Shown here in pieces: positions 25,404 through 35,596 of a stretch of 64,000 bases of DNA. The position numbers and the translations under genes are program-made. Below the pieces are notes generated by a model. It did no database searches and was not told where the DNA came from. It saw only the letters and a list, made by a program, of their open reading frames with translations. How positions within the stretch are numbered: the stretch's first letter is position 1; the number at the start of each line of letters is the position of its first letter. Origin of the DNA: Torpedo marmorata (lineage: Eukaryota); assembly GCA_977017645.1 (NCBI GenBank), contig OZ360236.1:71238001-71302000 (forward strand). Reading direction: 5' to 3'.

Positions 25404-25551
25404 ACTCAGGTAATTTGCTAATGTATGACAGTAAATAAAAATGTTTAATATTAATGCAGACTTTACTGACTATAAAGCCACAAAACCCTTTAAGGCACAA
25501 AAACAAAGATGAAAAGTGGTTCATCCATTGCATGGAGAAGTTAAAGATAGT

Positions 25552-26174
25552 TGTAAGAGCCATAGGCTCATCACTTGCCTGTTGTTTGGCCGCGGGCGCC
25601 GGCGGTGTCCTGGGTTCCGTGGGCCTCCTCCAAAGGCTGCACGCGCGAGTGCCGCCACCGCTTGCAGAGCTGGAGCGTGGCGGCGCATGCGTGGTTAGCC
25701 AGCGGCGGCGGCTTCGGCCGGGGCCGGCGTATCCATCAGTGCGCATGCGCACTGATGGACTGGGTCGTTGCGTGCGCGGTTGTCTCGGCCCCGGCGGCGA
25801 GCGGTTGGAGCCGGGGCCAGCACGTGTAGCCACGGAGCATGCGCGGGTGGGATCTTGGTTTAAAGAGGTTCCCCCGCGCGAGTCAGCAGTTGAAAACCTG
25901 AGGAGGGTGAGTTAGATGTCGACAATCTCTGTCGATCGTTTAATACTTTTGGAACACTTTTTATAACCTTTTTACATTGTTTTAGATCCTTTTACATTAT
26001 TTTACATCATTTCAAGAAATGTTTATATTAAAGTCTGAAGATTACTGCAAGTCTAATGTAAATAAAGGTTTTTTGAACATTTTGGACTTTGTTGGTAAAT
26101 GAATGAAAACGCGTCGCAGACAAACACCTAACTTAGCCTCCAAGCAACTATTTTTATTGGACGAAGTCGCTACA
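25552..26174 (+). repeat. BEL 5' LTR
   Basis: Direct repeat of 30570-31192; I see only two substitutions. Confidence 0.95.
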
Positions 26175-26552
26175 ATAAGTCGACAGAGAACGGTCGCTGA
26201 AACGGAAAATAGGATAGGAAGGAGACGTTAGGAGGGTCAGTGAGGTTTCCAGATACATAAGGACCACACTTAGCCTCCAGGTGACCAACGTTGGATCGAA
26301 GTCACCGCAATCTACATAGTCAATAAAGAGCTGGCTGTTTGGAACAGAAAATAGAAGGAAAGAAGATAAAAAAACTCGTTTGTGGATTGCAGCACATTAC
26401 AGTCATTTGAAGTGGTTGGCATAAGTCTGTGGACTCCTGTGTATCTTTAGTAAGTAAGAACACAGATTGGAAATGCTGCCGCTGGTCCATTGGGGACTGT
26501 TGTTTGACTGGTATTGTGTATGCTTGAAGGAAAGAGGAACAAGACGAGTAAA

Positions 26553-28462
26553 ATGGCCGCAGCAGCCTCTGACACAGCAGCTACTGATATATCAGCAGCT
26601 GACGCAGCAACCGCTGATGTTGCTGTTGTGGACCAACGTATTGAAGACATGAAGGTTACGGATATTAAAGAAGAATTGAAGCGACTGAAAAAGGACATAA
26701 GAGGAAATAAAAGGGTTCTTATCGAAAGATTGAAGCAGGCAAAGGATGAAGAGGCAGCTTCATTAAATGAACAAGAAGATAACTTGGAAATGGCTGAAAT
26801 TGTGTCAACAAATGATGAAGAAATTAAAGTGGTTAAAGATGCAAAGGATATACAATTTGAATTGAACAAAGAGGTAAGTATGAAGACAACATATGAACTG
26901 CAGGACGAAATACAAGCAAGTGACAGTGTCTCAAATGCTGAAAGCAGGAGAAGCAAAAGAAGTTCTGGTTCGAGCTCCAGAGTTTCTCGTACTTCAATTT
27001 CTGCATCGTCACGTATAATGATTGATGTTAAATTGGCCGCTCTTCTTGCACAACAAAAAACGCTTAAGAATAAACATATTTTAGAACAAAAGGAGGAGCA
27101 GCTAAGACAAAAGGAGGAGCAGCTAAGACAAGAGAAGGAGCAGCTAAGGCAGATAAAAGAACAGCAGGAGCTGGAAGCAAACATTGCTATTGCCAAGGCA
27201 GAAAAGAAAGCAATAGAAGGCTCAATGGTATCTGGTACTAGCAGTAAATTATCTAAATTGTATGATAATAAAGGGTCATATTTAAAAAAGGAGTCACAGG
27301 AAAAGAAACCAACCAAAAGGATAGATATTTTAGAACCAAGGATACAAAACTTACATATACAAGGACAAACGTTTCAAGAGCATATTGGTATCGAGTCACA
27401 TGTACCAATAGTAACATCTGAAAGCAAAGCTGTGGCTTGGGTTCGGTCGAACGAAGCAACTTCTTTGTTATATGAGTCAAGCATCAGAAATATGGAAGAA
27501 ACTACACCAGTGAGGTTTCCAGATACATTGCATGCAACAAGAGACGGTGAACAGAGCAATGTATTGTCATCCAAGGAAAGACAAAATCTCTCTCTTCTTT
27601 ACCCAAGAAAGAGATACAAACTTTTGATGGTGATCCACTTCAATATCAATCATTTATGAGATCTTTCAAACGCAATATTGAAGATAAATGCCAAGATCGT
27701 GATGAATGTCTTTATTATTTGGAAATGTTTACAAAGGGACATCTAAAAGAACTGGTAAAGAGTTGTAAACAAATGTCTTCAGAAAGAGGATTAGACAAAG
27801 CTAAGGCTTTACTGGAACAATATTTTGGCAACAAGCATCGAATTGCTTTAGCTTATATGGATAAAGCTCTTAATTGGACATCAATAAAACAAAATGATGT
27901 AAAGGCTCTGCAAGAATATACTCTGTTTTTAAGAGGATGTTGTAATGCTATGGAAGAAATCGATAATATTCGTGAGCTTGAAGTGCATAGTAATATGCGA
28001 ATCATCTTAGAAAAATTACCTTACAAGTTATGGGATAGATGGAGAAATTTGGCTTGTGATTTACAAGTAGATTACGGTCGAAAGAGTACCTTAAAGGATT
28101 TGGTAAATTTTCTTGAACGACGGGTGTACGTTGAAACAGATCCACTATATGGAAATGCCAGAGATAATTCAATGGGCAAAGATGTAAAGAAGTCTAACAC
28201 ACAGTCTAGTCCGAAAGTAAAAAGGAGTACCTTTGCTACTAATGTGCAAGTTATAAGTAAAGAAAAGGACAAAGTAAATAAGGAAAAGGAAAGTTTGCCT
28301 AATGAAAAGAGTTGTTTGTTCTGTAAAGGTGGACATGCTTTGGAAATGTGTTTACGATTGGAAAAGAAGGAACATAAGGAAAAGATCGCTTTCTTAAAGG
28401 AAAATGAAATATGTTTTAGCTGTTTGTGTAAAGGACACATCAGTAAGAACTGCGAGAAGTGA
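26553..28462 (+). pseudogene. BEL Gag (N-terminal SAP-like motif, coiled coil, DUF1759-like core, zinc knuckles), one frameshift
   Basis: The frame switches near 27590 into LPKKEIQTFDGDPLQYQSF. Knuckles CLFCKGGH...C, CFSCLCKGHISKNC and CNICNLKH follow. An in-frame TGA at 28460-28462 separates Gag from the protease frame. Confidence 0.85.
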
Positions 28463-30226
28463 ATTAATTGTAACATATGCAATTTGAAACATCCTAGAAT
28501 TTTGCATATCCATAACAGAAACAACGAATTGGGAAAAGAGCAAACAGAAACAAAGGAAACAACAGAAAATAATGTTATAACCTCGGTTCAGACAAGTGGT
28601 CTTACTGGGGCCGGTGGGAGTAACTGTAAACTTTCAATAGTGCCTGTACAAGTCAAGACCAAGAAAGGGGATGTAATAGTAAAAACATATGCATTTTTAG
28701 ACCCAGGCAGTACTGCATCCTTTTGCACGGAAGGACTAATGAATAAACTTAATATTCAAGGAAAAAGATCAAAAATTATGTTAAGAACAATGGGACAAGA
28801 AAAGGTTGTTGAAACTAACATTATTTCAGGCTTAGAGGTTGCTGGATTGGATGACAAAAAATTTTGTGATCTTCCAAGTGTATATACTCAGAAGACTATG
28901 CCTGTGAATGAAGGAAATATTCCTCATCAAAGGGATATCCATCATTTAGCTTATTTGTGGAAGGTTTATTTACCTGAAATTAATTCTGAGATAGAAATGC
29001 TGATTGGTTCAGATGTGCCAAAGGTTTTGGAACCGAAAGAAGTAATAGAGAGTAAAAGGAATGGACCTTACGCTATTAGAACCAAGTTTGGTTGGACAAT
29101 CAATGGACCACTGGAAAGAAATAATGATATTGCTCAGGAACAGTTGGCGATAAATATTAATAGAATTTCGGTTGAGAAAGTTGAAGAGTTAAGCGAAGAG
29201 CAAAAAACTGTGAATAAGAAAATCACTTTTGAAGAAAAGAAAACCGATCAATGTGAAAATAAATCAATGGTATTTAAAACAACATTGAAGGAATTAATTT
29301 CGTCAAAAATGGATGAAAGTGAAGTATTAGAAGATGTTGCAAATAATACTATTGATCATTCATGTGTAATTGAATCCAATACAGGAATAATACAAGTGAC
29401 TGAAAACAAATCTGAATGTAGATTTTGTAGTTCAGAGATTACAACAGACAAAGCTAACGAAGAAAGATTACAATGTGATGTAAAACTGGAAAACACAGAA
29501 AATTGTGCTGATGGAATAAAGAATAATGCGAATGATAATTTAATGCAATTGAATTCAGAGAACAAAATGTTGAAAGGGGAATTGGAAATATTAGATAATC
29601 AAGAAAACAGTAAACAGAAAGATTTAATTGTAAGTAAAACTCGCAAAGTCAGAAAGCGGAAGAAAAGAATAACTGCTGAAGAAATGAATACAGTTATTAA
29701 GGAAAGAGATTCAGCATTATCAAAATGTAAAAGGTTGGAGGAAGAGATTAATGTTTTGAAAGAGAACAAGTTATTGGTTAATAACACAAAACAATTAACA
29801 ATGCAGGAAGAATGTGATATTGCATTGCAGAAATGTAACAAACAAGGCGAAGAAATTAAAAAATTTCAAGTTTGCCGCAACAGGATTGACAATGGAAATA
29901 TCCATGTATCACATGATATTTTGACTTCAGATCAAATTATTAATTTCTCGGAAGGAACTGAGACCGAATTGAAAGTTGCGGGGTTGGATTTAGTATTGCA
30001 GGAGAGAGCCGTGGAAACCAGAGTGGTTGAACAGACCTGTTTAAAATCGGGGGGATCAGATGGATGTTCAACTTCTAGTTCTAAGAGTTTAGATTCTTCA
30101 CATGAGAGGTGGAATACTGAAAGAAGAAATGGAGTGAAACGACATGTTGAAGAAGTGCCTTGTGTTAAATTCAAAAGAAAAACTGTATCTATTTTATCTG
30201 AGGAAGATTTGAAGTTTACTGGTTAA
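28463..30226 (+). CDS. BEL aspartic protease fused in frame to a MIPOL1-like coiled-coil region
   Basis: YAFLDPGSTASF and LIGSD...GWTINGP mark the BEL protease. RITAEEMNTVIKERDSALSKCKRLEEEI then appears where RT should be. Confidence 0.8.
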   Translation: MNCNICNLKHPRILHIHNRNNELGKEQTETKETTENNVITSVQTSGLTGAGGSNCKLSIVPVQVKTKKGDVIVKTYAFLDPGSTASFCTEGLMNKLNIQGKRSKIMLRTMGQEKVVETNIISGLEVAGLDDKKFCDLPSVYTQKTMPVNEGNIPHQRDIHHLAYLWKVYLPEINSEIEMLIGSDVPKVLEPKEVIESKRNGPYAIRTKFGWTINGPLERNNDIAQEQLAININRISVEKVEELSEEQKTVNKKITFEEKKTDQCENKSMVFKTTLKELISSKMDESEVLEDVANNTIDHSCVIESNTGIIQVTENKSECRFCSSEITTDKANEERLQCDVKLENTENCADGIKNNANDNLMQLNSENKMLKGELEILDNQENSKQKDLIVSKTRKVRKRKKRITAEEMNTVIKERDSALSKCKRLEEEINVLKENKLLVNNTKQLTMQEECDIALQKCNKQGEEIKKFQVCRNRIDNGNIHVSHDILTSDQIINFSEGTETELKVAGLDLVLQERAVETRVVEQTCLKSGGSDGCSTSSSKSLDSSHERWNTERRNGVKRHVEEVPCVKFKRKTVSILSEEDLKFTG

Positions 30227-30268
30227 CGTTTTAACTCGAAGATTATAGAGGTAAAAGAACTTTGGAGA

Positions 30269-30376
30269 GGCATTGTGATTATTATGGATAATTCGACTTC
30301 AAGAAACTCCTGGTTACTTGGAAAAATTATTGAGACTTTTCAAGACAAAGGAGGAACTTTGATAAATGTAAACTGA
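30269..30376 (+). pseudogene. Remnant of BEL integrase C-terminal (DUF5641-like) domain
   Basis: Manual translation GIVIIMDNSTSRNSWLLGKIIETFQDKGG resembles the BEL GDIV.I.D..PR..W.LG.I...F..G motif. Confidence 0.7.
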
Positions 30377-30569
30377 CTTTATTTGTTGTTGTATATTTCA
30401 GGTTACAGAGTTTTGTTCATCCAGAGTTATGGTAAACTCTGGTCTTGTGAAGAAAGAAGAAAGGATTTGTATATTTGTTCGAATGTTATATGGTTATTGT
30501 TATTATAATGTTATAGTTATGTAATTATTATTAGAGACGTTACATCTCATTATAATAATTAGGGGCCGG

Positions 30570-31192
30570 TGTAAGAGCCATAGGCTCATCACTTGCCTGT
30601 TGTTTGGCCGCGGGCGCCGGCGGTGTCCCGGGTTCCGTGGGCCTCCTCCAAAGGCTGCACGCGCGAGTGCCGCCACCGCTTGCAGAGCTGGAGCGTGGCG
30701 GCGCATGCGTGGTTAGCCAGCGGCGGCGGCTTCGGCCGGGGCCGGCGTATCCATCAGTGCGCATGCGCACTGATGGACTGGGTCGTTGCGTGCGCGGTTG
30801 TCTCGGCCCCGGCGGCGAGCGGTTGGAGCCGGGGCCAGCACGTGTAGCCACGGAGCATGCGCGGGTGGGATCTTGGTTTAAAGAGGTTCCCCCGCGCGAG
30901 TCAGCAGTTGAAAACCTGAGGAGGGTGAGTTAGATGTCGACAATCTCTGTCGATCGTTTAATACTTTTGGAACACTTTTTATAACCTTTTTACATTGTTT
31001 TAGATCCTTTTACATTATTTTACATCATTTCAAGAAATGTTTATATTAAAGTCTGAAGATTACTGCAAGTCTAATGTAAATAAAGGTTTTTTGAACATTT
31101 TGGACTTTGTTGGTAAATGAATGAAAACGCGTCGCAGACAAACACCTAACTTAGCCTCCAAGCGACTATTTTTATTGGACGAAGTCGCTACA
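30570..31192 (+). repeat. BEL 3' LTR
   Basis: Direct repeat of the 5' LTR, followed by TSD ATAGT. Confidence 0.95.
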
Positions 31193-32245
31193 ATAGTATT
31201 AGATCAAGAAAAAAGTGTACAATGTTGCCCAAAAATGTAGTAAGCCTGAGGACTGAGAAAGCTTCAGAATTCAGCAAAGGAGAAAGAAGGCATTGGTAAG
31301 AAAAAAGTTAGTTAGTTAGCGAGAACCATAACAACAGACTATAAAACAATAGACATGTAAAAAGAAAAAGATAATAAATCTGGATCCTTTATAGACTGAG
31401 GCAGGAGACATTCTAATGGGAAATAAGGAATTGGCATAGAAATTAATCAATATTTTATATCTATCCACAAAAGACACTGAAAATCTCTGGTAAATAGAGG
31501 GGATCTACATTTCCAATGTGAAAAGGGAACACAAATACATCAGAACAGTAAAAGCTTTGTTATCCAGCACACTAGATTTGATAGTTGCTCATTGATCAAT
31601 TAGATTGGTTAATCTGATGTTGGCTTCTGAGTTCCTTCCTTATTGGCCCAAGAACTCCCTCAGTTGAGTCATAGCATTGTACAACACGGAAACAGGGTCT
31701 TAGGCCCAACTCATCCATGTCGATCATGTTGTTTACCCAAGCTTGTTACTTGCCTGTGTTGGGCCTAAATCTTCTAAATCTCTCTTATGTACCTGTCTAA
31801 ATGCTTTTTAAATGTAATTGTACCAACCTCTACAGCTTCATCTGGCAGCTCGTTCCATATACCTACCACCACCTGTGTGAAAAAGTTGCCCCTCGTCCCT
31901 TTAAAATCTTTCCCCTCTCACCTTAAATCTATGCCCCAAATTCTAGACTCCTTTACCCTGGAGAAGAAACTGTTACCATTCACCTTATTCCTGCCCCTTA
32001 TGACTTTTTATATCTCTATTATGTCACCCCTCAGCTTCCAACGCTCCAGGGAAGCTGAGGGTGAAATTCGAGGTATCCAGCCTCTCTTTATAACGCAAGC
32101 CCAGCAGGCCCAGTAATATGCTCATGTCCTTTCTGCACTCTTTCTAGCTTAATCAAGTCATTCTTATAGTTTGATGACCAGAACTGCACACAATACTCCA
32201 TGTGAAGTCTTACCAATCTCTTGTACAGCTGTAACATAACATACT

Positions 32246-33232
32246 AAGTAAAACACGAAAGTCCACAAACACCATGGTTGAATTAAAAAGACAATGCTGG
32301 AGAAACTCAGCAGATCAAACAGTGTACTTTATATACCAAAGAGAAAGATACATACTGTAACCAACGTTCCTGGCTTGAGCCCTTCATCAAGGGGCACCTT
32401 GATGAAGGGCTCAAGCCCAATATGTTGGTTATGTATCTTTATCTTTGCTATACAGGCAGTCCCCGGGTTAAAAACGAGTTCCATTACCTAGGTCTGTCTT
32501 TAATTCGAATTTGTATGTAAGTCGGAACAGGTACATACTTAGCGCCAGTTAGTCAAATGTTTATCTTAGAATATAGTATATATACCGGTAGTATATATTT
32601 ACCTTTATATGCATATAAAACACTTCCCAATACACTAAAACATCTTAAACATAATAATACAGTACATAATAACAATAATACAAGACATACCATATATATA
32701 AAATCAGCCGTGACGGTTCCGGAGGCATCGTGATGGCACACGCTGCTGCTTCTTCTTCTCCTCCCCCACCCCTTCCATCCGCCGGGCTGCTCGTCCCCTC
32801 GCCCGCCCTCTGCTTTGCCCAGGCCGCGTGTGGCGTAGCCTGACAGCGGCGTCGCGATGGCGCACGCTGCTGCTTCTTCTTCTCTTCCTCCCCTCACGTG
32901 AGGGGACGAGCAGCCCGGCGGAGGGGAGGGAGGGAGCGGGCAGGGGATCAGTGTGGGGGGGGGTGGTGGGCTGTCGGGGGGTGCGTGGCAGCGGGATCAG
33001 TGCGGGGACTGTTGGTGACACAATACTAATAAAATGTAACAATTTTTAGTCATTACTATTAGAATTATGACTCAACCATGCTCAAACCGGAAGTTGACGC
33101 CATTCTACTTCCGGTCGGCTTGTCGGTTCGTAACTACGGGTTGTTCGTAAATCGGATGTTTTTAACCCGGGGACTGCCTGTATAAAGTACACTGTTTGAC
33201 CTGCTGAGCTTCTCCAGCATTGTGTTTTTACA
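32246..33232. mobile_element. Short fold-back Penelope pLTR derivative with two inverted hammerhead-like motifs
   Basis: Palindromic centre GCTTGAGCCCTTCATCAAGG-ggca-CCTTGATGAAGGGCTCAAGC; 10-bp TSD ATAACATACT (32236-32245 and 33233-33242). Confidence 0.8.
32453..33180. mobile_element. Tigger/pogo-type MITE nested in the fold-back element
   Basis: Perfect 23-bp TIR CAGGCAGTCCCCGGGTTAAAAAC, TA TSD and a GC-rich interior. Confidence 0.9.
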
Positions 33233-35596
33233 ATAACATACTGTACTAACTTCTGTACTGAGTGCCCTGACCAATGAAGGCAAGTGTGCCAAATGTCTTC
33301 TTCACCATCCTTTCTATTCTTGTAGCCACTTTCAGGGAACTATGTATTTGTATTCTCAGGTCCCTCTGTGCTACAACACTCTTCAGGGCTATTTACTCTT
33401 TCCTGTTTACTGTACAAGTCCTGCCCTGGTTTAATTTATCAAATTCCAACAACGCGCACTTTGAGTTAAATTCCATCTACTGTTCCTTGGCCCATTTTCC
33501 CAGTTGATCTAGATCCCGCTGTAATCTTAGATAGCCTTCCTCACTGTCCACTAAGTTAGGTGTCATCCACAACCTTACTAACCATTTTACTTACCTACAT
33601 TGTTACCAAATCCTAAATATAGACAGAAACAGTGGTGAACCCAACGTCAATCACTAAACACACCACTGGTCACAGGTCTCCAATTTGAATCACATCTCTC
33701 TACCACCACTCTTTGACTCCTTCTACCAAGCCAATTTTGAATCCAATTGGCTAGCTCATCCTGGATCCCACTTGATCCAACCGTCAAATGAGCCTACCAC
33801 GTGGGACCTTGTCAAAATCCTTGCTGAAGTCCACGTAGACAATGCCCATCCTCTGCCCTTGTCAATACTCTTTCATCACCTCTTCAAAAAACTCAATCAA
33901 ATTTGTGAGACATAATTTCCCATGCACAAAGCCATGCTGACTATCCCGAATCAGTCCTTGCCTTTCCAAATACTGATAGATCCTGTCCCTCAGAATCCTC
34001 TTCAGTAACTTCCCCACCACTGATTTTAGGCTCCCCATCCTGTTGTTCTCTGGCTTGTCACTATAGCCACTCTCCAGTCTTCTAGTACCTTACCCATGAC
34101 TAGAGATATGCAAGCATCTCTGTCAGGGCCCCTGCAATTTCTTCCTTAGCTTCCCACAATGTTCTTTGATACAGTTGGTCAGGTACCAGAAATTTATCAA
34201 GGCTTAAGACTGCCAGCAACTACTTCCCTTGTAAATGTGGATGTGTTCCAAGACATTACTATTTATTTCCCTTAATTCCTTAACTTCCATGACTTTCTCC
34301 ATGCAAATGAGAATTTCTTATGTGAGATCTCGCCCCTCTCCCTTGGCTCCACACGTAGACGACCACATTGATATTTAAGAGGACCTGTTGTCGCCCTTTT
34401 CCTCTTAATATAGAACCACAGAACATTACAGCACAAAAAGCGGCCCTTCAGCCCTTCTAGTCTGTGCCAAACTATTTTTCTACCTAGTCCCATTGACCTG
34501 CAACCAGTCCATAGCCCCCCATACCTCTCCCAACCATGTACCTGTCCAAATTCTTGTTAAATGTTAAAACTGAGCCCGCATTCACCACTTCAGATAGCAG
34601 CTCATTCTACACTCTCACCACTCTCTGTGTGAAGAAGTTCCCTCTAAGGTTCCCCCTAAACTTTTCCCCTTTCACCCACAACCCATGTCCTCTGGTTTGT
34701 ATCTCACCGACCCTCAGTGGAAAATGCCTACCTACATTTACTCTGTCTATACCCCTCATAATTTTAAATACCTCTATCAAATCTCCACTCATTCTTCTAC
34801 GCTCCAGACTTGTGTGTGTATATATATATATACTTGTGGAATCTCTTAGCTCTGTCTGATAAAGTAAAAGATAATCCTATCTCATATCCTCTTTTTGCCC
34901 TTCTGATTTCCCTCTCAAGTGTACACCGATCCCCTTTAAAATCTTCAAGAGATTCACTTGATCCCAGCTGCCTATACCTGACGAATGCCTCTTCCTTTTT
35001 CCTGGCCAGAGCCTCAATATCCCTCATAAACCAGGGTTTCCTAACCCTGCCAGCCTTGCCTTCACTCTTAACTGCAAACGAGTCCCTGAACTTTCCCCAT
35101 CTTATTTTTAAAAGCTTTCCACTTGCCAGATATCCCTTTACCTGCAAACACCCTCTCCTAATCATCCTCTGCAAGTTCCTGTTTATTGCTTTCAAAATTA
35201 TTCTGCCCCCAACTTTTTCCATAATTATTTTAAAACGAACATAATTATGGTAATTGGTCCCAAAATGCTGCCTCACTGAAAATTCAGTCACTTGCCCTGC
35301 CTCATTTCCAGTGTTGCACCTTTCTGATTGGGCCATCTGCATTGTTTGAGAATACTTTCCTAGACACTTAACAAATTCTGCCCCGTCCAAACTCTTGCAT
35401 TATGGCAGTCCCAGTCAATATGAGGAAAGTTGAAATTATCTACTGTTGGACTTCCGGTGGCTGCAGCATGGTGCAGCAGCAGTAGTCAGATGCTCCTACC
35501 TACTTTTTACTTCTTCCACTTATTTTGTTCTTTATTGTACAACCAAAGTGCTTCATATTTGATGCCTTTCCTCTCTTTTATTCATACTTACTTTAA

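Larger units (their letters stand above)
25552..31192 (+). mobile_element. Non-autonomous BEL/Pao LTR retrotransposon (Gag-PR plus a foreign coiled coil; no RT/RNaseH/IN core)
   Basis: 623-bp TG..CA LTRs, 5-bp TSD ATAGT (25547-25551 and 31193-31197), PPT-like AGGGGCCGG before the 3' LTR, and BEL Gag and protease motifs. Confidence 0.93.
31670..35447 (-). mobile_element. Degraded CR1 LINE(s), with a second CR1 3' end at about 34405-34810
   Basis: Encodes GDLIEVFKIMRGIDRV...FFTQRVV and KPWF..DIEAL.RKKEEAF...REIRRAKRGYE. It continues after 51290, beyond the L1 stack. Confidence 0.8.

Noticed and set aside
25402-25915. GC-rich ORFs duplicated at 30503-30933
   Set aside because: They are spurious frames within the two BEL LTRs.
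26447-27316. 289-aa minus-strand ORF (and the similar plus-strand ORF at 60379-60858)
   Set aside because: These are antisense shadows of repetitive coiled-coil Gag coding sequence.
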